DNA of 64,000 bases from the human T2T-CHM13v2.0 reference genome, Homo sapiens. The DNA lies in assembly GCA_009914755.4 (NCBI GenBank), contig CP086569.2, positions 16,640,001 through 16,704,000 of the forward strand. The letters are read 5' to 3'. The notes below the pieces were generated by a model. That model was not told where the DNA came from. It saw only the letters and a list, made by a program, of their open reading frames with translations, and did not search any database. The position numbers and the translations under genes are program-made. This document shows positions 52,783 to 64,000 of this stretch, piece after piece; within the stretch, counting starts at the first letter, position 1; each line of letters starts with the position of its first letter.

Positions 52783-55700
52783 CTACTCCCTACCCCCACC
52801 CCACAACAGTCCACAGAGTGTGATGTTCCCCTTCCTGTGTCCATGTGTTCTCATCGTCCAATTCCCATCTATGAGTGAGAACATGTGGTGTTTGGTTTTT
52901 TGTCCTTGTGACAGTTTACTGAGAATGATGATTTCCAATTTCATCCATGTCCCTACAAAGGACATGAACTCATCATTTTTTATGGCTGCATAGTGTTCCA
53001 TGGTGTATATGTGCCACATTTTCTTAATCCAGTCTATCACTGTTGGACATTTGGGTTGGTTCCAAGTCTTTGCTATTGTGAATAGTGCCACAATAAACAT
53101 ACATGTGCATGTGTCTTTATAGCAGCATGATTTATAGTCCTTTGCGTATATACCCAGTAATGGGATGGCTGGGTCAAATAGTATTTCCTGTTCTAGATCC
53201 CTGAGGAATCACCACACTGACTTCCACAATGTTTGAACTAGTTTACAGTCCCACCAACAGTGTCAAAGTGTTCCTATTTCTCCACATCCTCTCCAGCACC
53301 TGTTGTATCCTGACTTTTTAATGACTGCCATTCTAACTGGTGTGAGATGGTATCTCATAGTGGTTTTGATTTGCATTTCTCTGATGGCCAGTGATGATGA
53401 GCATTTTTTTCATGTATCTTTTGGTTGCATAAATGTCTTCTTTTGAGAAATGTCTGTTCATAACCTTTGCCCACTTTTTGATGGGGTTGTTTGTTTTTTT
53501 CTTGTAAATTTGTTTGAGTTCATTGTAGATTCTGAATATTTGCCCTTGTCAGATGAATAGGTTGTGAAAATTTTCTCCCGTTTTGTAGCTTGTCTGTTCA
53601 CTCTGATGGTAGTTTCTTTTGCTGTGCAGAAGCTCTTTAGTTGAATTGGATCCCATTTGTCAATTTTGGCTTTTGTTGCCATTGCTTTTGGTGTTTTAGA
53701 CATGAAGTCCTTGCCCATGCCTAGGTCCTGAATGGTAATGCCTAGGTTTTCTTCTAGGGTTTTTATGGTTTTAGGTCTAATGTTTAAGTCTCTAATCCAT
53801 CTTGAATTAATTTTTGTATAAGGTGTAAGGAAGGGATCCAGTGTCAGCTTTCTATGTATGGCTAGCCAGTTTTTCCAGCATTATTTATTAAATAGGGAAT
53901 TCTTTCCCCATTGCTTGTTTTTCTCAGGTTTTCAAAGATCAGATAATTGTAGATATGCAGCATTATTTCTGACAGCTCTGTTCTGTTCCATTGGTCTATA
54001 TCTCTGTTTTGGTACCAGTACCATGCTGTTTTGGTTACTGTAGCCTTGTAGTATAGTTTGAAGTCAGGTAGTGTGATGCCTCCAGCTTTGTTCTTTTGGC
54101 TTAGGATTGACTTGGCAATGTGGGCTCTTTTTGGTCCCATATGAACTTTAAAGTATATTTTTCCAATTCTGTGAAGAAAGTCATTGGTAGCTTGATGGGG
54201 ATCGCATTGAATCTGTAAATTACCTTGGGCAGTATGGCCATTTTCATGATATTGATTCTTCCTACCCATGAGCATGGAATGTTCTTCCATTTCTTTGTAT
54301 CCTCTTTTATTTCATTGAGCAGTGGTTTGTAGTTCTCCTTGAAGAGGTCCTTCACGTCCCTTGTAAGTTGGATTCCTAAGTATTTTATTCCCTTTGAAGC
54401 AATTGTGAATGGGAGTTCACTCATGATTTGGTTCTCTCTTTGTCTGTTATTGGTGCAAAGAATGCTTGTGATTTTTGTACATTGATTTTGTATCCTGAGA
54501 CTTTGCTGAAGTTGCTTATCAGCTTAAGGAGATTTTGGGCTGAAACAATGGGGTTTTCTAGATATACAATCATGTCATCTGCAAACACGGACAATTTGAC
54601 TTCCTCTTTTCCTAATCGAATTCCCTTTGTTTCCTTCTCCTGCCTAATTGCCCTGGCCAGAACTTCCAACACTATGTTGAATAGGAGTGGTGAGAGAGGT
54701 CATCCCTGTCTTGTGCTAGTTTTCAAAGGGAATGCTTCCAGTTTTTGCCCATTCGGTATGATATTGGCTGTGACTTTGTCATAGATAGCTCTTATTATTT
54801 TGAGGTACGTCCCATCAATGCCTAATTTATTGAGAGTTTTTAGCATGAAGGGTTGTTGAATTTTGTCAAAAGCCTTTTCTGCATCTATTGAGATAATCGT
54901 GTGGTTTTTGTCTTTGGTTCTTTTTATATGCTGGATTATGTTTATTGATTTGTGTATATTGAACCAGTCTTGCATCCCAGGGTTGAAGCCCACTTGATCA
55001 TGGTGGATAAGCTTTTTGATGTGCTGCTGGATTTGGTTTGCCAGTATTTTATTGAGGATTTTTGCATCAATGTTCATCAAGGATATTGGTCTAAAATTAT
55101 CTTTTTTTTTTGTCTCTGCCCGGCTTTGGTATCAGGATGATGCTGGCCTCATAAAATGAGTTAGGGAGGATTCCTTATTTTTCTATTGATTGGAATAGTT
55201 TCAGAAAGAATGGTACCACTTCCTCCTTGTACCTCTGGTAGAATTTGGCTCTGAATCCATCTGGTCCTGGACTCTTTTTGGTTGGTAAACTATTGATTAT
55301 TGCCACAGTTTCAGATCCTGTTATTGGTCTTTTCAGAGATTCAACTTCTTCCGGGTTTAGTCTTGGGAGAGTGTATGTGTCGAGGAATTTATCCATTTCT
55401 TCTAGATTTTCTAGTTTATTTGTGTAGAGGTGTTTGTAATATTCTCTGACGGTAGTTTGTATTTCTGTGGGATTGGTGGTGGTATTCCCTTTATCATTTT
55501 TTATTGCATGTATTTGATTCTTCTCTCTTTTTTTCTTTATTAATCTTGCTAGCAGTCTATCAATTTTGATGATCCTTTCAAAAACCCAGCTCCTAGATTC
55601 ATTAATTTTTTGAAGGGTTTTTTGTGTCTTTATTTCCTTCAGTTCTCCTCTGATTTTAGTTATTTCTTGCCTTCTGCTAGCTTTTGAATGTGTTTGCTCT

Positions 55701-56567
55701 TGCTTTTCTAGTTCTTTTAATTGTGATGTTAGGTTGTCAATTTTGAATCTTTCCTGCTTTCTTTTGTGGGCATTTAGTGTTATAAATTTCCCTCTACCCA
55801 TTGCTTTGAATGTGTCCCAGAGATTCTGGTATGTTGTGTCTTTGTTCTCGTTGGTTTCAAAGAACATCTTTATTTCTGCCTTCATTTCGTTATATAACCA
55901 GTAGTCATTCAGGAGCAGGTTGTTCAGTTTCCATGTAGTTGAGCAGTTTTGAGTGAGTTTCTTAATCCTGAGTTCTAGTTTGATTGCACTGTGGTCTGAG
56001 AGACAGTTTGTTATAATTTCTATTCTTTTACATTTGCTGGGGAGAGCTTTACTTCCAAGTATGTGGTCAATTTTGGAATAGGTGTGGTGTGGTGCTGAAA
56101 AAAAATGTATATTCTGTTGATTTGGGGTGGAGAGTTCTGTAGATGTCTATTAGGTCCGCTTGGTGCAGAGCTGAGTTCAATTCCTGGGTATCCTTGTTGA
56201 CTTTCTGTCTCAATCTATCTAATATTGACAGTGGGGTGTTAAAGTCTCCCATTATTAATGTGTGGGAGTCTAAGTCTCTTTGTAGGTCACTCAGGACTTG
56301 CTTTATGAATCTGGGTGCTCCTGTATTGGGTGCATATATATTTAGAATAGTTAGTTCTTCTTGTTGAATTGATCCCTTTACCATTATGTTATAGCTTTCT
56401 TTTTCTCTTTTGCTCCTCCTTGGTTTAAAGTGTGTTTTATCAGAGACTAGGATTGCAACCTCTGCCTTTTTTTGTTTCCCTTTTGCTTGGTAGATCTTCC
56501 TCCATCCTTTTATTTTGAGCCTATGTGTGTCTCTGCATGTTAGATGGGTTTCCTGAATACAGCACAC
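52783..56567 (-). pseudogene. L1 ORF2 remnant (EN, Z, RT and C-terminal domains present but in at least eight broken frames)
   Basis: See the ORF-track fragments listed for the element. Confidence 0.85.
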
Positions 56568-56761
56568 TGATGAGTCTTGACTCTTTATCCAATTTGCCAG
56601 TCTGTGTCTTTTAATTGGAGCATTTACATTTACATTTAAATGTAAAGTCCATTTACATTTAAAGTTAATATTGTTATGTGTGAATTTGATCCTGTCATTA
56701 TGATGTTAGCTGGTTATTTTGCTCGTTAGTTGATGCAGTTTCTTCCTAGTCTCGATGGTCT

Positions 56762-57645
56762 TTACACTTTGGCATGATTTTGCAGCGGCTGGTACTGGTT
56801 GTTCCTTTCCATGCTTAGTGCTTCCTTCAGGAGCTCTTTTAGGGCAGGCCTGGTGGTGACGAAATCTCTCAGTATTTGCTTGTCTGTAGAGGATCTTATT
56901 TCTCCTTCACTTATGAAGCTTAGTTTGGCTGGATATGAAATTCTGGTTTGAAAATTCTTTTCTTTAAGAATGTTGAATATTGGACCCCACTCTCTTCTGG
57001 CTTGTAGAGTTCCTGCTGAGAGATCCGCTATTAATCTGATGGGCTTCCCTTTGTGGGTAACCCGACCTTTCTCTCTGGCTGCGCTTAGCATTTTTTCCTT
57101 CATTTCAACTTTGGTGAATCTGACAATTATGTATCTTGGATTTGCTCTTCTCGAGGAGTATCTTTGTGGATTTCTCTGTATTTCCTGAATCTGAATGTTG
57201 GCCTGCCTTGCTAGATTGGGAAAGTTCTCCTGGACAATAAACTGCAGAGTGCTTTCCAACTTGATTCCATTCTCCCTGTCACTTTCAGGTACACCAATCG
57301 ACGCAGATTTCGTCTTTTCACATAGTCTCATATTTCTTGGAGGCTTTGTTCATTTCTTTTTATTCTTTTTACTCTAAACTTCCCTTCTCGCTTCATTTCA
57401 TTCATTTCATCTTCCAGCACTGGTACCCTTTCTTCCAGTTGATCACATTGGCTCCTGAGGCTTCTGCATTCTTCACGTAGTTCTTGAGCCTTGGCTTTCA
57501 GCTCCTTTAAGCACTTCTCTGTGTTGGTTATTCTAGCTATACATTCGTCTACATTTTTTTCAAAGTTTTCAACTTCTTTGCCTTTGGTTTGAATTTCCTC
57601 CTGTAGCTCAGAGTAGTTTGATCGTCTGAAGCTTTCTTCTCTCAA
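56762..57645 (-). pseudogene. L1 ORF1 remnant, split in two by a single frameshift near 57330
   Basis: 57328-57645 reads '..EEIQTKGKEVENFEKNVDECIARITNTEKCLKELKAKAQELREECRSLRSQCDQLEERVPVLEDEMNEMKREGKFRVKRIKRNEQSLQEI'. 56762-57331 reads '..GVPESDRENGIKLESTLQFIVQENFPNLARQANIQIQEIQRNPQRYSSRRANPRYIIVRFTKVEMKEKMLSAAREKGRVTHKGKPIRLIADLSAGTLQARREWGPIFNILKEKNFQTRISYPAKLSFISEGEI..'. Confidence 0.85.
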
Positions 57646-59225
57646 CTCATCAAAGTCATTCTCCGTCCAGCTTTGTTCCGTTGCTGGTGAGGAACTGCAT
57701 TCCTTTGGAGGAGGAGAGGCACTCTGATTTTTAGAGTTTCCAGTTTTTCTGCTGTTTTTTCCCCATCTTTGTGGTTTTATCTACTTTTGGTCTTTGATGA
57801 TGGTGATGTACAGATGGGTTTTTGGTGTGGATGTCCTTTCTGTTTGTTAGTTTTCCTTCTAACAGACAGGACCCTCAGGTGCAGGTCTGTTGGATTTTGC
57901 TAGAGGTCCACTCCAGACCCTGTTTGCCTGGGTATCAGCAGTGGTGTCAGCAGGATTGCAGATTTTTGTGATCCGGGAATGCTGCTCTCTGATCATTCCT
58001 CTGGAATTTTTGTCTCAGAGGAGTACCTGGCCACGTGAGTTGTCAGTCTGCCCCTATTGGGGGGTGCCTCCCAGTTAGGCTGCTCGGGGGTCATGTGTCA
58101 GGGACCCACTTGAGGAGGCAGTCTGCCCATTCTCAGATCTCCAGTTGCGTGCTGGGAGAACCACTGGTCTCCTCAAAGCTGTCAGACAGGGACATTTAAG
58201 TCTGCAGAGGTTACTGGTGTCTTTTTGTTTGTGTGTGCCTTGCCCCCAGAGGTGGAGCCTACAGAGGCAGGCAGGCCTCCTTGAGCTATGGTGGGCTCCA
58301 CTCAGTTCAAGCTTCCCAGCTGTTTTGTTTTAAAAGCCATTCAATTACTTAAAATTTAACTTTATAGCATCATTCTACTTCCCCTGGAGGAAAGCTAATG
58401 CACTCTTTTATAGTTCAAAAAGGGAACAATGCATACTTGAATCAGTAAGACTGACTTCCTTACAATGGATTAGGAAACATGAATTTTTTCCTATTGCTAT
58501 CCTGCTGATCACAGCAGCGTTTCTACAATGATACACGCTTTTGCAACTTGCAAACTACTGGAGTGTATACCTGTACTTTAAAAAGCCTTTTAAATTCAAT
58601 AAAGTTTATCGTTAGAGGTCTCTTTTTCTTCTTCTTGCTTTGTTTTTTTTTTTCTTTTTTTTTTTTCCCTCTGCATTCTTTGCTTTGTTCTTTGGATCAG
58701 AAATAATGCCATATTCTTAGAGCACATTTGCATAAACCTTATGTTCATACTCTTTGTATATAATCTCCTAGGCATCTCAAATACAACATACTCCAAGTTT
58801 ACCCTCCCCTACCAAAAAAGAAAACCCATATCCTCTTCTCTCCAGCATTTTTGGCATTGGTGAACAGCACAAGAATCCCTGGGAACACCCCAACTCCTGT
58901 CTCTCCTTAGCCACTGTGAATTTATCTACAGCCCTGTCAGTTGTTGTAGTATCTCTTAATCCAGCCCCTCTTCTCCCTTCTAGGACCTCCCATGAATTGC
59001 TTTCAGAATCTTGTGCTCACACTATTGCGGTAAATTCTGAATTGGCTTTCCTGGCCCTGAATTCATTCCTAAAATTTGTCCTAAAGTCTTCCTTCAATTA
59101 AAACGTGTTCATTTCTAGACCCTTCTTAAAACCCTTTGTTTTCTCTCTCTGTTGAGCACCATCTTAATTCTGAAGCTCAGAATACCAGCCTCTTTAGGAA
59201 TTCAACAGTCTCTAGCTGGCCCTTA

Positions 59226-59322
59226 TGTTGCCCAGGCTGGTCAGCAACTCCTGGCCTCAAGCAATTCTCCTGCCTCAGTCTCCCAAAGTGGTGAGATTGT
59301 AGGCATAAGCCATTGTTCACAG
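59226..59322 (-). mobile_element. Alu left-monomer fragment, minus strand
   Basis: 'ggcccttatgttgcccaggctggtcagcaactcctggcctcaagcaattctcctgcctcagtctcccaaagtggtgagattgtaggcataagccattgttcacagc'. Confidence 0.8.
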
Positions 59323-59329
59323 CTCTATT

Positions 59330-59545
59330 TGGCCCTTCTTTTATCTTTACTCTCCTCTCCTTGCCCATCTTCTCCTCTTTTCTTCTTTGTTCTCATCCAC
59401 CTCCTCCTGTTTCTCTCCCTCTCCCCTTTTTATTATTTAATCTTCTCTTCTTTCTCCTCTGTTTTATTCATCTTTTTTCTTCTCTCCCCTCTTTCTTTCT
59501 CTTTCTCTGTCTTCTCCTTTACCCAGTCTTTCTCAATTTCTACCT
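59330..59545. repeat. CT-rich low-complexity tract
   Basis: 'cttttatctttactctcctctccttgcccatcttctcctcttttcttctttgttctcatccacctcctcctgtttctctccctctcccc..'. This explains the spurious 157-aa ORF at 59152-59625. Confidence 0.85.
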
Positions 59546-62500
59546 GGTATGAAGCATTCAACCATGCTTCTTGCTATGCCATACTACTACTTTGCTTTGA
59601 AAAATGCATCTTTTTTCACCTGTAATATCTTCGTATTTCTAGAAAATATAAGCTGCCTTTTTTTGGAACCCTTGCTTAACTATCTCAGGCATACTTAGGT
59701 CTACCGCAGTGAACAAAAACAAACCCGCTGTCCTGGGAAATGCCACTTGTATTTCCCTGGTACTATAGATCACTTCAGGACCTCAGGAATAAAACTCAGT
59801 TAAACTGCATTTTTTTTTTAAATGATTGTTATCTTTATTACACTGGGAGCCCCTTGAGGACATAAACAAAATTTTTGTGTGGATTCACCTGTGTATTTTG
59901 AACACAGTAGTTTCTGAATAACTATCTAGTAGATAAATGAATAGATCAGTTGGTTGAAATGATCTTCCAAAGCAGGTTTTTGATAGGAAAAGAGATCAGA
60001 ATATGTGGACCATTAGTTGAATTTAGGTTGTTGTCTTGGCATCATTTTGCTGGAGAATAAAAGACAGATTTTACTACTTTTAGGAGATCAGTGAGTCAGG
60101 TTGATGGTCCAACCCGAGGAGTATCCAAATCATAGACAGGCCTTCCAACAGAGCTTCTGCAACCAAAAGATAATACACTATTCTCTAAGTGACAAAGACC
60201 ACCTTGTTATGCAAGTAGTCTGCACTGGATAAAACATGAACCAGGAAGTAGAAAAAATATGGGCAAATGTGACCCAGCTAGAAGGCAATAGCTCTTCTGG
60301 AGGTGAAAACAGAATGAATGCTTCATAGTGAAAATTGCATTGAGTGATTGAGTGTATCGTCTCATATTGTTTGATAATTGGCTCTGAAATGCCTTCTTAT
60401 AAACTGCACAGTGTATGTGTGTATGAACATTAACTTTACTTGCAGTCTACTCTAGAGCTTTAGCATTTTAAGTATCTTAATCACAAATCCAAACATATTT
60501 AAAAAGTTTATATTCCAAATATCCTTTTTGGAATCAACAACAGAGTCTCCTTATTTATCATAAGGTGTATTAGAAATATGTTTTTTATGGTGATAGACAG
60601 TGATTATATATGTGGTAATACAGTGTGGCAGATGGAATAAAGCTGCCACCAAAGATGTTCACATATGAATTCCCTGGAACTGTGAAATATCTGGGATATT
60701 CAGGTCCCAGATGGAATTAAAATAGGGAGATTTTTAAAATAGGGAGATCTCTTGCATAATCCAGGTGGGTTCATTTGAATCACAGAATCTTTAAAAGTGA
60801 AAGAGAAAGACAAATAGGTCAGAGAGATATGGCAAGAAACCTTCTATTGCTGGCTTTGAAGATGGAAATTGGGGCCATGCATCAAGGAATATAGGTGGTC
60901 TCTAGATACTAGAAAGAACAAGGAAATATTTTCTCCCTTAGAACTTCCAGAAGGAATGAAGTGCTGACAGCACCTTGAAACTCATGCATTGAGATACATG
61001 CTGGACTTCTTCAGAACATATGATAATAACTTTGTGTTGTCTTAAACCGCCAAGTGTGTGATGCTCTGTTACACTGGGCATAAGAAACTAATACATAAAA
61101 CTTGTGTATGTCTGAGAATGTGAGCACTCCAGCACCTAGCAGCTTCAGGCCAATGCTTAGTTCTATAATCCAATGAGCCTTGTGTACCTCAGCCCTTTGT
61201 CAACCCCTACATTTCCAAGAGAGACTTTTGCCAAAAGCAACTTGAAACATGTCTAATTCTGACTTTGGAGTGTCATTCTTTCTATCTCGATGAGTATCTT
61301 TTGTGAAAAGATCCTGTATACAAAGACAATTCTTGAGGTTATCACAGTGTGTCTGTAGGCTAATAAATATTTGTTCTGTTTGTAGGGTTAATCTCCACAG
61401 TAAATCATTCCCTGGGAAGCCAAGTTCTGTGGCTGGTCTTATATCGAGAGCCTCCTGATAAGGTCTAAGTCACCTGGGAACTCATGAGCAGCTAAATTGG
61501 CTTAGGTCAGGTGAGAAAATTTAAAACAAAATAAAGGAAAGGCTATGGATTTGATTATAATTAATTCAATAATTATAAATGAGTATGTTTTGTTCATTAT
61601 AGTCAGCAGTATGGACAAATCTTTTAAGCATTTAATTTTTCAATTGAGCATCTTAGAAATTCATTCTTTTCACTAATTCAGACTGAGCTTTTCCATCAGT
61701 TAGCGCTAATTATTAATATTATATTGTCATTAATTTGCTACACTTCAATCAGCCTAGGGTCAATTCTGAACATTGTAAATTAGCATGGACTTTTAACTCA
61801 TTACTGAAAAACACTCTTCTTTGTTGAGTGATAAATAGCCACAATGTGCACATTAATTGGGAAAAGCTACCATGAGATAAAAGGACGGGCATTAAATTTA
61901 TCATTTAATTAGAAAGCAATCTCTATTTTATTTTCTAGATTTAAACTTCTTGACTGCAGGGGCTAGATATACTTGCCTGGGTCTCTCCCAAAATGCCTGT
62001 TACAGGACTTTAATCAGTGATGAATATATTTAAATTGCACTCATCAAAAGCTTACGTAGTAATCGCTGAGAGAATTAGAGTGAAAAAATCGAGAAAATAG
62101 GCTATTTTTTTGTGGAGGTGGCAGATGAATGGGGAATTTTCGGTGCTAAAGAATAGAAATGAATAAGAAAGGTGTGTTCTGGGTCAACACTGGTTCCAGT
62201 CAACATAGGAATAAAGAAAAATTTGTGTTTTGCTCATTATGGAGCTTATATTTTAGTAACAAATATGTCCCTGAGATGTTTTGTCCAGTGTGACAATTTG
62301 AGGATTAGAAGAAGTCTGCATACACTTAGTGTCTTGCTGAATCATCCTTGCAGCCTCTAGATTTGATTTATGTCTAATGTTAAACTCCCTTTCTATGTTT
62401 GAGCAGCCAAGATAATTTAATTTTAATGTTTTCAAAAGAAATAGCTTTGATTCTGAGAGGTAAAGATAAATAAATAAGCAAAAGGATTTTAAAAAATATA

Positions 62501-63504
62501 CAAAGCATTGAAATCTCAATTATTAGATTTAATTTTATGTAATGAGAATATTAGATACTATATATTTAATTGTGTGAAATGAACATAGAAAGCCAAATTT
62601 GAAAGCAAATAAGCCAATAAATATTTAACATTCATGTCCAAAAATTCTTAAGTCATAGGTGATTGCATTTTCTGCTTTTGTGATCTTTTCAATATCTCTA
62701 TAGAGAGTTTACATTGTCAGAGAAAAAAATTATACAGCTTAAAATTATTTTAAAATGGTAAACACACAATTTAAATTACCAATTTCATTATATAAAGAAC
62801 TAATAGAACCTATGTTGTTTGCTGGGATTTTACATTTTCCACAGCTTTTCATGACACATATAAAACTTTGATATTGATCTGAATATCAGTCTTTAATTTG
62901 ATAAATACATGCTTTCTCTCAAATACCTGTGGTTTATGATTTTACCAATCAGCAGGGTAATATGGTGTTCTAGGAAATTGTTCATGACTTGGTTTTATGT
63001 TCACACAGAAAAAATGAAATTCAGATAATCACAGGTATGGAAAATAAACACTTTGCAAGTGCTTGGATGAGCTGAATTCAATTTAAACAGAAAACTAACA
63101 CTTTTCCTAAACACATATAGTTGGACATATTTAAATCATTATATACTAATTTGGATTGAATGGTGTCAGAAGTTCAAATTCAATGTGAAGATAATGGCAT
63201 ATTATAAGAATTCACTGTCTCTGTGGGTCTTTTAGCCCTTGGTTTTCTCTCCCAGAAGAAACTCGGGCAATAATCTGGGAAATCTTACCTTGTAAACACA
63301 CATCACACACATCCAAATAACTAGTCTTAAAGGAAAAAGGAATCTTGCACATATTACATGTTCTTCTTAAATGTTTGGTAAATAAATAGATGGGACAATC
63401 TTTTCAATAATAAACTTGACAGTTATTCAGATATCTAAGATATAGATATTTTGTTCATAGAGTGACTTGCTCTGAAATGTATCCTGTCATTTCTAGAGCC
63501 TGTC

Positions 63505-63550
63505 CTATCATTCTATCATTCTCTATCATTCTATCATTCTCTGGAGCCTG
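63505..63550. repeat. Short tandem repeat (TCTATCATTC)n, about 4 units, bracketed by 'gagcctgtcc'
   Basis: 'tagagcctgtcctatcattctatcattctctatcattctatcattctctggagcctgtcc'. Confidence 0.8.
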
Positions 63551-64000
63551 TCCAATGAAGAGAATAGGTAATTGATTCTCTCACTTCCTAACTGTGACAT
63601 TTCATCTCTCGAGCTCTATAATTCTGTTTCCCTATAAACAAGGTGGAGAAGGAGATGACTCAAAAAGAAGAATTTATGATCAAACACAGATGCTTTTATT
63701 AGGTTAGTGCAAAAGTCATTGTGATTTTGCCACTGAAAGTAAATGCAAAAACTGCTGTGGCTTTTGCACGAGGTGAGGTATCTCGCTCAGGGATTATAAA
63801 GATGAGTATTGGCTCCTTTAGTTGTGTTCAGGATTCACTGTTTGTTTTCAAACCTACATATATAAATGAACTCTGTACTGAATCTGAGAGGTGGAGGCAC
63901 TATGCAACAAGACTTTACCGCCCCCTGGTTTTGTGTAGATCTCGCTAGAATATAAATGGCTTCAGGGCAAGAATTTCTCTCTGTTTTGTGTTCCTTTGTA

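Larger units (their letters stand above)
52630..58323 (-). mobile_element. L1PA-family LINE-1 of about 5.7 kb, 5'-truncated within the 5'UTR. ORF1 and ORF2 are both disrupted
   Basis: The 3' end reads 'tattattattactattattattatcatactttaagttttagggtacatgtgcacaatgtgcaggttagttacatatgtatac'. The ORF-track fragments on the minus strand give ORF2 C-terminus (52783-53100 'FTIAKTWNQPKCPTVIDWIKKMWHIYTMEHYAAIKNDEFMSFVGTWMKLE'), RT (54700-55080 '[59 protein letters not shown]'), a Z-region block (55175-55885, 236 aa) and EN (56067-56567 'MCCIQETHLTCRDTHRLKIKGWRKIYQANGKQKKAEVAILVSDKTHFKP'). ORF1 appears as 56762-57331 (189 aa) and 57328-57645 (105 aa). The element ends inside the 5'UTR at '..ggtgggctccactcagttcaagcttcccagctg'. 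Confidence 0.93.

Noticed and set aside
59152-59625. 157-aa ORF
   Set aside because: It is made of an Alu fragment plus a CT-rich low-complexity tract ('LSLLSSPCPSSPLFFFVLIHLLLFLSLSPF..'). There is no domain content.

Overview
This window is not prokaryotic. It reads as human or other primate genomic DNA from an AT-rich, CpG-poor, gene-poor intergenic or intronic region, and roughly half of it is recognisable interspersed repeats. The six-frame ORF track misleads here. Every ORF longer than about 100 aa lies inside a decayed retrotransposon (L1 ORF1, L1 ORF2 or HERV gag), or crosses Alu, microsatellite or low-complexity sequence. I found no convincing cellular protein-coding exon, tRNA, rRNA or CRISPR array, and I see no novel multi-gene system.

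The L1 content is the largest component:
- A full-length but coding-dead L1PA element (8805-14930, minus strand) with recognisable 5' and 3' termini.
- A second 5.7 kb L1PA (52630-58323, minus strand), truncated inside its 5'UTR.
- A twin-priming inverted L1 (3200-4903) with a 12-bp target-site duplication.
- Older L1 3' ends at 2051-2268, 24795-25760, 31275-31668 and 50479-50968.

About 17 Alu copies or fragments are present. Several have clean target-site duplications. One nested cluster has an old Alu carrying an AluY in its tail and an L1M-like fragment in its body.

There is an endogenous-retrovirus cluster at 37.3-41.4 kb. It holds a 5'-truncated, internally deleted HERV-H with a 3' LTR7, a solo HERV-K LTR5 with a 6-bp TSD, and a third unclassified solo LTR. 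Elsewhere there is an LTR12-family (HERV9) LTR with tandem CCAAT-box repeats, a MaLR (THE1/MST) solo LTR, a gamma-type ERV env fragment, and a MER5-type hAT MITE.

The most unusual non-transposon structure is a roughly 1 kb minisatellite at 15835-16855. It has about 30 copies of a roughly 30-bp unit seeded with AP-1 heptamers (TGACTCA/TGAGTCA), directly beside the LTR12. Other local oddities are recorded as findings below.
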